DNA from: a virus
Virus record (IMG/VR): IMGVR_UViG_3300027804_000046
Location: 72,550 to 136,549 of that record
Reading direction: 5' to 3' (one strand)
Length of the DNA: 64,000 nucleotides
Positions within the stretch are counted from its first letter, which is position 1, and each line of letters opens with the position of its first letter. The notes under the pieces are model-generated. The model was not told the DNA's origin, ran no database searches, and was given only the letters and a program-made list of their open reading frames with translations. Below, piece by piece: positions 20,519-27,789 of this stretch. A program made the position numbers and the translations under genes.

Positions 20519-20706
20519 TGGTTAGGTCATATGAAGTAGATTTTTCTGTAGTTGACAACCGCGTCGGCTTCATGCTATATTGCTTTGAAGAAGATGATTG
20601 CATCTGGGAACAGTTTTTCCTGGACAGCGATGATGCACACAAGACTGGTCATCGTTTTCTTGATGGCTGTTACATCAGAGGCTTTCCTGTTGATCAGGTA
20701 GCATAA
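20518..20706 (+). CDS. Hypothetical protein
   Basis: TAATG coupling. Confidence 0.5.
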   Translation: MVRSYEVDFSVVDNRVGFMLYCFEEDDCIWEQFFLDSDDAHKTGHRFLDGCYIRGFPVDQVA

Positions 20707-20718
20707 ATAAAGTTCAAT

Positions 20719-20795
20719 GGCTCCGTAACTCAACTGGATAGAGTGTCAGACTTCTAATCTGAATGCTGGGGGTTCAAGTCCCTCCGGAGTCGCCA
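20719..20795 (+). tRNA. tRNA-Arg(TCT)
   Basis: TCAGA-CTTCTAA-TCTGA; CCA. Confidence 0.93.
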
Positions 20796-20819
20796 ATTAA
20801 AGTATAATGGAGAAAGTGA

Positions 20820-21086
20820 ATGTCCGCACCAAAGACTAAATCTGCTTACACCTCAAAGGGTGAGCGTGAAGCAAATCGACAGATTTCTAAGGCCATCAAG
20901 CGTGATCGGTCTGCTATTGTAAAGTGGACAATCTTACAGAAGGCTTGGTTGAAGGGTAAGAATCCTTGGTTGTCTGTTCCAAATGAGAACACGGCCGATA
21001 CTCGCGCACGGTTCGTTCGCGTCCGCGCAGATACATATTGGGGTGATCCTCGCAAGGGATTCATTCACGGGTCAAGCAAGGACTAA
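20820..21086 (+). CDS. Hypothetical basic protein
   Basis: GGAG RBS; AWLKGKNPWLSVPN. Confidence 0.6.
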   Translation: MSAPKTKSAYTSKGEREANRQISKAIKRDRSAIVKWTILQKAWLKGKNPWLSVPNENTADTRARFVRVRADTYWGDPRKGFIHGSSKD

Positions 21087-21092
21087 AATAAA

Positions 21093-21168
21093 GCCCCTTT
21101 AGCCCAGCGGTAGAGGCAGAGGACTTAAAATCCTTCAAGGGTCAGTTCGAATCTGACAAGGGGCACCA
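21093..21168 (+). tRNA. tRNA-Leu(TAA), short variable loop
   Basis: GAGGA-CTTAAAA-TCCTT; CCA. Confidence 0.88.
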
Positions 21169-21172
21169 ACTC

Positions 21173-21248
21173 GCGCCTGTAGCATAGCGGTTAATGCTGA
21201 CGGCTCATAACCGTCCGATCCTCAGTTCGAATCTGAGCGGGCGCACCA
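21173..21248 (+). tRNA. tRNA-Met or Ile2 (CAT)
   Basis: GACGG-CTCATAA-CCGTC; CCA. Confidence 0.9.
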
Positions 21249-21264
21249 AAACAAAGGAAGTAAA

Positions 21265-21540
21265 ATGAAAACGCCAAAGACTAAAGCGAATGATACAGTC
21301 AAGGAAGTTCCTCTAAAAATTAAAGAAGAGAAGATTGATCCTGTTGTTGTTGTTTCTGAATATGTGTCAACAGACAAGACACTCAAAGCAGTCATAAAGC
21401 AAAATCGTCTAACATCTTTGTATGAGATCGACTTCTACAAAGACAAGAAGATTGTCGCAACGGAATCATATGCGTTCCATACTCGCAGATATCACGAAGA
21501 TGCTGCTGAGAATTATGTGAACGGCATTAAAAAGCTTTGA
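21265..21540 (+). CDS. Hypothetical protein
   Basis: AAGGA RBS; EDAAENYVNGI. Confidence 0.6.
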   Translation: MKTPKTKANDTVKEVPLKIKEEKIDPVVVVSEYVSTDKTLKAVIKQNRLTSLYEIDFYKDKKIVATESYAFHTRRYHEDAAENYVNGIKKL

Positions 21541-21545
21541 TATAA

Positions 21546-21637
21546 CGGCGTGGGTGTTGGTACACGGGAGGGCCTTATAATCCCTTTAGCACTAGATGAG
21601 TGTTCTTGACTTGGTTCGAATCCAAGCACGCCGACCA
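21546..21637 (+). tRNA. Atypical tRNA with TAT anticodon (nominal Ile) and long variable arm
   Basis: CGGCGTG/CACGCCG acceptor, GTGT-TGGT-ACAC D arm, CTTATAA loop, variable arm, CTTGG-TTCGAAT-CCAAG, ACCA. Confidence 0.75.
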
Positions 21638-21650
21638 AATTTGAGGTAAC

Positions 21651-22730
21651 ATGAAACCTACTTATCTTGATTGTCTTATGCACAATCATTATTACAAAGA
21701 TGACTTTAATTATAAAGAGGGCTGGGGCACACCTAAAGAAGAGTGTGATGAAGGTCTGTTGAACGACATTTGCGATTATTTCTTTCGTAGAATGGAAAGA
21801 GAGAATATAGTCAATGGTGCAGAGTCAATAACATGGGGACCAATCATTGAAACCCATAAAGAATATGCTATGGCTCTTATCAATAAAGACATACCAAAAG
21901 TTCATAATACATTAAAAAACTTATGTAATTCTCCCTTAACTAGAGGCATCTTTGGTGGAGATTTGTTGTATGAGTTCTATAAGAAGAACAAGCACGACAG
22001 AGCAATGTATGTTTTTGGTGTATTCGACAAACTTCTGTCTATATGTGAAGCTAATGGTCTAATTCCATGCTTCAATCCAGAAGACCATGAATATATAAAG
22101 ATTGCATACCAAAAGCCAGAACATTTTCTAGACTTGCTTGCCAAGCACTACAAGTTTGATATATCTGCTCCGAAATATGCTGGTGGCAATCTTGGAATAA
22201 ACACAGACTTTGGACTTTATAATCAGCGTGATATGTTTGCATTGTATATCGCATTGAATGTAGTAAACAAATGTCAAGATAAAAACTTGAGAATATGTGA
22301 GATTGGTGGAGGTGCAGGACATCTGGCATTCTATTTGCATAGACTAGGATTTAGAAATCTGACTATCGTGGATCTTCCTACAGTATCTACTGTTCAGATG
22401 TATTTTCTAGGCACAAACTTGTGTCGATACAATGGAATAAATTTTATGTGTACCGAAGATTTCGATGGCAACTACGACTTGATTATCAATGCCGATAGTT
22501 TCATTGAAATGAATAGAGAGTCGGCCAGTCGATATTTGAACCTGATTAAAGAAAACGGCAGACATCTGATTTCACTAAATCAAGAAACTGGACCTCATCA
22601 ATTTGGTGAAGCAGGATTTAGAGTTTGTGACATAACAGATATGCCAAGAACAACTAGGCATATGTCATGGATTCGTAAGGGTTGGGTCTATGAGGAGTAT
22701 CTAGGAAATAAAGCGAGAGTGACGGAATAG
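21651..22730 (+). CDS. Putative sugar O-methyltransferase
   Basis: ICEIGGGAG, IVDLP, DLIINADSFIEM. Confidence 0.7.
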   Translation: MKPTYLDCLMHNHYYKDDFNYKEGWGTPKEECDEGLLNDICDYFFRRMERENIVNGAESITWGPIIETHKEYAMALINKDIPKVHNTLKNLCNSPLTRGIFGGDLLYEFYKKNKHDRAMYVFGVFDKLLSICEANGLIPCFNPEDHEYIKIAYQKPEHFLDLLAKHYKFDISAPKYAGGNLGINTDFGLYNQRDMFALYIALNVVNKCQDKNLRICEIGGGAGHLAFYLHRLGFRNLTIVDLPTVSTVQMYFLGTNLCRYNGINFMCTEDFDGNYDLIINADSFIEMNRESASRYLNLIKENGRHLISLNQETGPHQFGEAGFRVCDITDMPRTTRHMSWIRKGWVYEEYLGNKARVTE

Positions 22731-22789
22731 GTATACGTATCAGTCTCAAAAACTGAGTTTTGTGGGTTCGAGTCCCACCTTTCGCACCA
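22713..22789 (+). tRNA. tRNA-Leu(CAA), short variable loop
   Basis: TCAGT-CTCAAAA-ACTGA; CCA; overlaps the stop of the upstream CDS. Confidence 0.88.
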
Positions 22790-22949
22790 AACAACAAAAT
22801 GACATATTGGGAAATATACTACGGTAAATGTAAAGAGAAACCGAATGGATCTCCAGAATGTCATGCTTATTGTAAATTATGTAATGGTCTTAATTGGAAA
22901 CCACTAGGACCAAAAACTTACGAAGAACTGCTAAATTTTCACAGGACAC

Positions 22950-22980
22950 TTGACAAATTGACTTCCTTGTGATATAAATA
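22950..22980 (+). promoter_or_regulatory. Promoter of the leader ORF: TTGACA-N17-TATAAA overlapping a T4-type late promoter TATAAATA
   Basis: TTGACA at 22950-22955; TATAAATA at 22973-22980. Confidence 0.7.
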
Positions 22981-23005
22981 GAATACAGAGTTAGAAAGAA
23001 CGGAA

Positions 23006-23089
23006 ATGAAATCGCATTATTGCCCAATTACGAATAATCAATTTGAAGGTCGCCCAGCATGGGCAGACGCGAGGGGTTCTATGCTTTAA
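23006..23089 (+). CDS. Putative attenuator leader peptide MKSHYCPITNNQFEGRPAWADARGSML
   Basis: 27 codons, 19 different amino acids; 3' end overlaps the antiterminator strand. Confidence 0.75.
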   Translation: MKSHYCPITNNQFEGRPAWADARGSML

Positions 23090-23114
23090 GTCTTACGGAT
23101 AGACTTAGTTTCTT

Positions 23115-23152
23115 AGAACCCCGAAGCCAAAAGTTTCGGGGTTCTTCTTTTT
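23115..23152 (+). terminator. Intrinsic terminator (attenuator)
   Basis: AGAACCCCGAAGC/GTTTCGGGGTTCT stem followed by TCTTTTT; the 5' strand can alternatively pair with GGGGTTCTA at 23073-23081. Confidence 0.88.
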
Positions 23153-23157
23153 GAGTT

Positions 23158-23222
23158 ATGCGTCTAGAACATAGCAGTTATGCAAAAATAAAAGTTGACT
23201 TCCTGGTTCTGAACTGCTATAT
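23158..23222 (+). promoter_or_regulatory. Promoter of the tRNA array with ATGC-N7-ACAT-N7-ATGC box
   Basis: Box 23158-23183; GTTGAC-N17-CTATAT. Confidence 0.75.
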
Positions 23223-23377
23223 TGTGTTTGTAAGTTGATTGAAAGAGTTTCCTAGCTGCGGGATAAGCAGCACCGCTGATTAACATTGTTAAGTTCCTTT
23301 TTCCTAGTGATATCAAAAACTAGGCGTACCGAATGACGAGACATCGGTGAGATTACTACGATTCGGCGTAGCCTCAC

Positions 23378-23466
23378 ATTCTATTATCACAGACACATGG
23401 TGCTGTTCCTTAAGTTGGGTAAGAATGCTTCGGCAAATCGTCATCATGTGTCTTTGATAATAGAAT
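23378..23466 (+). ncRNA. Long stem-closed structured RNA module
   Basis: ATTCTATTATCA-C-AGACACATGGTG pairs with CATCATGTGTCT-T-TGATAATAGAAT. Confidence 0.55.
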
Positions 23467-23468
23467 AT

Positions 23469-23544
23469 TGGATAGTAGCTCCAGCGGTAGAGCGCCTCGC
23501 TGTTAACGAGGATGTCCTTGGTTCGAATCCAAGCTATCCAGCCA
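23469..23544 (+). tRNA. tRNA-Asn(GTT)
   Basis: CCTCG-CTGTTAA-CGAGG; CCA. Confidence 0.92.
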
Positions 23545-23546
23545 AT

Positions 23547-23621
23547 TCACGGTTCGTTAGAATTAGTGCGATTAAAGTAACGAGTCGGCAGGATGCATAC
23601 TGTGACCGATCTTCGCCGTGA
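23547..23621 (+). ncRNA. Three-way-junction RNA module
   Basis: TCACGG/CCGTGA closing stem; internal TCGTTA/TAACGA and TCGG/CCGA stems. Confidence 0.45.
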
Positions 23622-23630
23622 TAATAATTT

Positions 23631-23705
23631 GCGCCAGTAACTCAGTGGTAGAGTAGCGGTCTCTTAAACCGAATGTCGTGAGTTCGATTCTCACCTGGCA
23701 CACCA
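23631..23705 (+). tRNA. tRNA-Lys(CTT)
   Basis: CGGT-CTCTTAA-ACCG; CCA. Confidence 0.9.
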
Positions 23706-23706
23706 A

Positions 23707-23789
23707 TTAGAATGTAGTGTGGGTAGTAGGGCCAACTGTAAAATGGAAACCCCGATCAGCAACTCGCGTAAAAATACATTACATTCTAA
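23707..23789 (+). ncRNA. Stem-closed structured RNA module
   Basis: TTAGAATGTAGTGT pairs with ACATTACATTCTAA. Confidence 0.5.
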
Positions 23790-23799
23790 CTAAACAAAC

Positions 23800-23873
23800 G
23801 GTCTTGTAGTGAATGGATATCACACCTCTCTGTCTAAGAGGAGAAGCGAGTTTGAGCCTCGCCAAGATCGCCA
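23800..23873 (+). tRNA. tRNA-Asp(GTC)
   Basis: CCTCT-CTGTCTA-AGAGG; variant T-loop TTTGAGC; CCA. Confidence 0.85.
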
Positions 23874-23875
23874 TA

Positions 23876-23941
23876 TATAAGAACTGGCAGCAGTCGGTGA
23901 AGCAGTATTGTGAAGTGCTGTGGAGAGTGTCAGTTCTTATA
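23876..23941 (+). ncRNA. Stem-closed structured RNA module
   Basis: TATAAGAACTGGCA pairs with TGTCAGTTCTTATA. Confidence 0.5.
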
Positions 23942-23952
23942 AACAAGTATAA

Positions 23953-24029
23953 CGGAGTGTGGCTCAGTCTGGTAGAGCATTCGCTTTGGGAGCGAAGTGT
24001 CGTGGGTTCGAATCCTACCACTCCGACCA
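23953..24029 (+). tRNA. tRNA-Pro(TGG)
   Basis: TTCGC-TTTGGGA-GCGAA; CCA. Confidence 0.93.
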
Positions 24030-24033
24030 ATTT

Positions 24034-24133
24034 GACCGATTAGTGTAACGGTAGCACAGGAGAAGTCCGAGACATCGAAAGATGGAGTAGGCGTCAAATG
24101 CTCCAGAGCGGTTCAATTCCGCACAGGTCACCA
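24034..24133 (+). ncRNA. tRNA-like RNA with an expanded anticodon domain
   Basis: D arm GTGTAACGGTAGCAC, T arm GCGG-TTCAATT-CCGC, ACCA end; about 38 nt between GGAG and CTCC. Confidence 0.65.
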
Positions 24134-24292
24134 AGTCGCTGGATTACTATAGAGACGGACGGTGCACTCTGTCTCTTGTGCGTACCAGTAGAGGCGCCGC
24201 GCACCCCTCTATAAAAACGCGGATGAAATTCAAATGTAGAGCATCGGTTCTAAGAACCGTAGTTGACTATATACTCTAGAAGGAGTATTATA

Positions 24293-24613
24293 ATGGCAGC
24301 AACTTTACATAGTCAAACAAGAAGACTTTCGGATGAACAAGTTTTCGTTGAAAATTCACAGTATGCTCGGCATCATATCAAGCGCCGTGTCATAGAACAA
24401 CAGATGATTCCTTACCGTTGTGCATCTTGTGATAATGACGGTACTCATAATGGTAGACCTCTTGTTTTACAACTTGATCATATGAACGGCGTGAATGATG
24501 ACAATAGATTAGAGAATCTCCGCTTTCTCTGTCCTAACTGTCATTCACAAGAAGATACATATGCAGCAAAGAATAGAAAGAATGCTGCACGAAAACCTAA
24601 AAAATATTGTTAA
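24293..24613 (+). CDS. HNH endonuclease
   Basis: CASC...LQLDHMNGVNDDNRLENLRFLCPNCH. Confidence 0.9.
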   Translation: MAATLHSQTRRLSDEQVFVENSQYARHHIKRRVIEQQMIPYRCASCDNDGTHNGRPLVLQLDHMNGVNDDNRLENLRFLCPNCHSQEDTYAAKNRKNAARKPKKYC

Positions 24614-24614
24614 T

Positions 24615-24688
24615 ATCAGTGTAGTGTAGTGGTAACACGTTGATCTCCAAAATCAAAATCCAGGGTTCGAATCCTTGCACTGGTGCCA
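24615..24688 (+). tRNA. tRNA-Trp(CCA)
   Basis: TTGAT-CTCCAAA-ATCAA; CCA. Confidence 0.92.
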
Positions 24689-24691
24689 ATA

Positions 24692-24863
24692 AAATGGGCG
24701 TGGTAGAAGTCCACTGTATGGGTTGTTGACCCTAGCCCGTTTAGAAGAACGGTAACAGACCGCGAATCTGTGAGAACATGTGTGTATCGCAAACATACAT
24801 TAAGTATCCCTATGATAAAAATGCTGGTCTCCGTTAAGAGCGGGCAGCAGGGAGCGTTCTTCT
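24692..24863 (+). ncRNA. Two adjacent multibranch RNA modules
   Basis: AAATGGGC/GCCCGTTT (24692-24742) and AGAAGAACG/CGTTCTTCT (24743-24863) closing stems with internal hairpins. Confidence 0.5.
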
Positions 24864-25005
24864 AACTCAATTCAAGAAACGTGCCCTTTACGGTTGAAAT
24901 AAACTAGGGTGTTACTGAATGATTTTCTCTCTTCGGCCGATTAAAGAGAGACCGTTAAATAAGTAACCGTTTGCCTGACTGCGATAGTGACAGGAGCTAT
25001 TAATA

Positions 25006-25080
25006 GGGCCCTTAGTGATAATGGGAGCACATCGCCTTTGCACGGCGAGGGTAAGAGTTCGATTCTCTTAGGGTCCACCA
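25006..25080 (+). tRNA. tRNA-Ala(TGC)
   Basis: TCGCC-TTTGCAC-GGCGA; G3:U70 pair; CCA. Confidence 0.93.
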
Positions 25081-25279
25081 ATAATGATCTGACTACGTAG
25101 CAGCAGTGCGCGTCATGAATGTCAGACAGTCAGTCGAATAACTGTGAGATTGACATCAAGTTTGATCTGTCACCATCGCACAGGACGCCGTTCGCTTGAG
25201 AACGGAATAACGTTACTGTGAATGTGTCGCCAAGTTACAGACGACATTCGAGCCGACCGCGTGAGGCTCAGCAAGTTTT

Positions 25280-25363
25280 GGGTAGGTAAAGCTAGTGGTT
25301 CTAGCAGTGGGTCTGTAAAACCCATCCTTAAAGGGAGTGGATCGTAACCGCACCTGCCCACCA
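25280..25363 (+). tRNA. tRNA-Tyr(GTA), atypical T-loop
   Basis: TGGGT-CTGTAAA-ACCCA; variable arm; T-loop ATCGTAA; CCA. Confidence 0.8.
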
Positions 25364-25588
25364 AATTACCCGTCTTTCTAGATAAGACAGGGGAGACCTA
25401 ATAGGCCCAACATGAGGGAAAGCCTATGAATACAGGATTGCTGACTCTGTTCGCGAAAGGGCTTAACCTGTAAGGTGTAACGAATATAGTAACCGCCGTA
25501 GGCCGTGGCGGTATATAAATCCGAGACTATATGTCTGTCGGGGTTGACCGTCCTTTCAGTGGGACCAGCGAAACGGTTCACAATTCAA

Positions 25589-25662
25589 TGCCCATTAGCT
25601 CAATGGTAGAGCGCTCGACCGATAATCGAGTTACAGTAGTTCGATTCTACTATGGGCAACCA
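25589..25662 (+). tRNA. tRNA-Ile(GAT)
   Basis: CTCGA-CCGATAA-TCGAG; CCA. Confidence 0.9.
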
Positions 25663-25795
25663 ATTGCCATAAGCTAGGCGCCATAGCGAACTGGCAGTAA
25701 ACAGGCTACACCCTTTCCCTCGCGCGGGGTGTCCGCATAAGCGTTTGCGTGGTTAGTCTGGGGTAAGAGTCCCAAGCTTGGAGGGATGAATTTAT

Positions 25796-25892
25796 TTCTA
25801 GCATAGCCTGGGGCGGTAGGTGCACACTACCAAAGTACTTGTATTTTGATAGTGACTACCAAAGTACGGTTCAAATCCGTCGCTAGAAGCCA
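25796..25892 (+). ncRNA. tRNA-like RNA with a long hairpin in place of the anticodon arm
   Basis: TTCTAGC/GCTAGAA-G-CCA acceptor, ACGG-TTCAAAT-CCGT T arm, internal duplication of ACTACCAAAGTAC. Confidence 0.6.
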
Positions 25893-25898
25893 GTTTAT

Positions 25899-25972
25899 TG
25901 GGAGATCGTCTAACGGCAGGACGTTGGATTTTGATTCCAACTATCTAGGTTCGAATCCTAGTCTCCCAGCCA
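25899..25972 (+). tRNA. tRNA-Gln(TTG)
   Basis: TTGGA-TTTTGAT-TCCAA; CCA. Confidence 0.92.
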
Positions 25973-25975
25973 ATT

Positions 25976-26050
25976 GAACCCTTAACTCAGTGGTAGAGTA
26001 GCGGGCTTTTAATCCGTCTGTCCTGGGTTCGAATCCCAGAGGGTTCTCCA
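25976..26050 (+). tRNA. tRNA-Lys(TTT)
   Basis: GCGGG-CTTTTAA-TCCGT; CCA. Confidence 0.92.
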
Positions 26051-26051
26051 T

Positions 26052-26123
26052 GGAGCATTCGACTATCGGTTAGGTCACATCCCTTTCAAGGATGAGAGAC
26101 GGGTTCGACTCCCGTATGCTCTA
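26052..26123 (+). tRNA. tRNA-Glu(TTC), CCA not encoded
   Basis: CATCC-CTTTCAA-GGATG. Confidence 0.88.
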
Positions 26124-26127
26124 CATT

Positions 26128-26180
26128 GAAGTCCTCAGGATACTATATAGTATGTAAACCCTATTGTATCCTGAGGCTTC
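26128..26180 (+). promoter_or_regulatory. RBS-sequestering hairpin upstream of the GIY-YIG endonuclease
   Basis: CCTCAGGATAC/GTATCCTGAGG stem covering GAGG; CTATATAG within it. Confidence 0.65.
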
Positions 26181-26183
26181 CTA

Positions 26184-26798
26184 ATGTTCTATACTATCTA
26201 CAAAACAACAAATCTGGTAAACGGTAAGTTCTATATCGGTAAACATAAGACCAAAGACTTGGATGATGGATACATGGGATCAGGCAAAATACTGAAACAT
26301 GCCATCTCCAAGTATGGTCTTGATAACTTTCATAAAGAGATTCTTCATATATGTAAAGATGAAGCTCATATGGATTTGTTAGAAAGTATTCTTGTAGTTC
26401 CTGATGTTGAAACAAACTATAATCTATGTGAAGGTGGCAAAGGTGGTTGGAGTTTCATAAACGCACAGCCAGAGATTCGTCAAAAGAGACGGGAGCATGG
26501 CAAATCGCGTCCTCTAGAACACTTCAAACGAATGGGTAAAGCTAATGCCGAAAACACATCTCGTAGGATGAAATCTCTTCATGCCGAAGGTAAAATTCGA
26601 TATGATACTTGGAAAGGCAAAAAACATACCGACGAACAAAAACAAAAGCTTTCTGCCATCATGAAAGAAAAGCAGAAAGGATCTAAAAACTCTCAATATG
26701 GAACATGTTGGATTACAAATGACCGAGAAAACAAAAAGATCAAACGCCAAGACCTCAATGCGTGGATCGAACAAGGATACAGACAAGGTCGTGTCTAA
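26184..26798 (+). CDS. GIY-YIG (Seg-like) homing endonuclease with NUMOD3-like repeats
   Basis: YTIYKTTNLVNGKFYIGKH, YMGSG, YNL, KGKKHTDEQKQKLS. Confidence 0.9.
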   Translation: MFYTIYKTTNLVNGKFYIGKHKTKDLDDGYMGSGKILKHAISKYGLDNFHKEILHICKDEAHMDLLESILVVPDVETNYNLCEGGKGGWSFINAQPEIRQKRREHGKSRPLEHFKRMGKANAENTSRRMKSLHAEGKIRYDTWKGKKHTDEQKQKLSAIMKEKQKGSKNSQYGTCWITNDRENKKIKRQDLNAWIEQGYRQGRV

Positions 26799-26934
26799 TC
26801 CATTTACCATCACATCACTATCAGAAGTTGGCGCTAAGTCTATTAAGCGACTCTATGAGAAGATGGGTTATAAACATGTATCTATAAAATACGATAACAA
26901 GAAAGAAGTATATACTAATACATTCAAGTAATAT

Positions 26935-27007
26935 TGCGGGTTAGAGAAGCGGTCATCTCGCTTGGCTCATACCCAGGAAATCGTCAGTTCGAATCTGGCA
27001 CCCGCTA
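26935..27007 (+). tRNA. tRNA-Met(CAT), initiator-like
   Basis: 1:72 mismatch; CTTGG-CTCATAC-CCAGG; CCA not encoded. Confidence 0.8.
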
Positions 27008-27008
27008 C

Positions 27009-27082
27009 GCTGCATTAGTTTAATGGTAAAACATCGGTTTGTGGAGCCGATTACAGTGGTTCGATTCCACTATGCAGTACCA
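27009..27082 (+). tRNA. tRNA-His(GTG)
   Basis: TCGGT-TTGTGGA-GCCGA; CCA. Confidence 0.87.
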
Positions 27083-27083
27083 T

Positions 27084-27157
27084 TGCCCTTTCGTCTAACG
27101 GCAGGACTCTGGCCTCTGACTCCAGCAATTGTGGTTCGAATCCACGAAGGGCAGCCA
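27084..27157 (+). tRNA. tRNA-Gln(CTG)
   Basis: CTGG(C)-CTCTGAC-(T)CCAG; CCA. Confidence 0.88.
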
Positions 27158-27173
27158 ATTAGGAGAAAACATT

Positions 27174-27602
27174 ATGAACAAGATTATTGGATTTACATGT
27201 TCTACGTTTGATTTGTTTCATGCTGGTCATGTTGCGATGCTAGAAGAAGCAAAGCAGCAATGTGATTGGTTAATTGTTGGACTACAAGTGGATCCTACAA
27301 TTGATAGACCAGAGAAAAACAAGCCAGTTCAAAGTTTGATTGAAAGGCAATTGCAAGTAAGAGCCTGCAAGTTTGTTGATGAGATTATTGTATATTCTAC
27401 AGAAGCAGAATTGCTTGATATCCTAAACATGCTGCCTATAGATGTTCGCATACTTGGTGAAGAGTATAGAGGCAAGACATTCACAGGATATAAAATCTCA
27501 AAGATGAAATACCATTTTAACAAGCGCGAACACAGTTTTAGTTCATCAGAGTTAAGAAGAAGAATTGCTGTTGAACATTTTAAAATAAATCCGGAGACGT
27601 AG
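27174..27602 (+). CDS. Cytidylyltransferase (TagD-like)
   Basis: STFDLFHAGH HxGH motif, HSFSSSELR. Confidence 0.85.
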   Translation: MNKIIGFTCSTFDLFHAGHVAMLEEAKQQCDWLIVGLQVDPTIDRPEKNKPVQSLIERQLQVRACKFVDEIIVYSTEAELLDILNMLPIDVRILGEEYRGKTFTGYKISKMKYHFNKREHSFSSSELRRRIAVEHFKINPET

Positions 27603-27668
27603 CAAAACGGTTAATGTACGGGACTGCAAATCCTTGAGGTGCCAGTTCGAATCTGGCCGTCTCCTCCA
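27593..27668 (+). tRNA. tRNA-Cys(GCA)
   Basis: GGGA-CTGCAAA-TCCT; U73; CCA. Confidence 0.9.
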
Positions 27669-27670
27669 AA

Positions 27671-27747
27671 GCACTCGTAGCGCAACTGAATAGAGCATCG
27701 GTCTACGAAACCGAAGGTTGGTGGTTTGAGTCCATCCGAGTGCGCCA
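27671..27747 (+). tRNA. tRNA-Arg(ACG)
   Basis: TCGGT-CTACGAA-ACCGA; CCA. Confidence 0.9.
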
Positions 27748-27789
27748 ACTATATACTAAAAGTGGAGGGCGTAACCACTATAAGAAATT

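Noticed and set aside
25405-25425. RNase P RNA-like GAGGGAAAGCC (and GGAGAAGTCC near 24059)
   Set aside because: No matching 3' P4 strand or other conserved regions found.
25765-25786. Twister-ribozyme-like GTCCCAAGC...GGAGGG (and AAAAGTGGAGGG near 27758)
   Set aside because: The required P1/P2 helices could not be built around either fragment.
23240-25790. tmRNA
   Set aside because: No tag reading frame ending in AA-stop and no Ala-type acceptor ends recognised.
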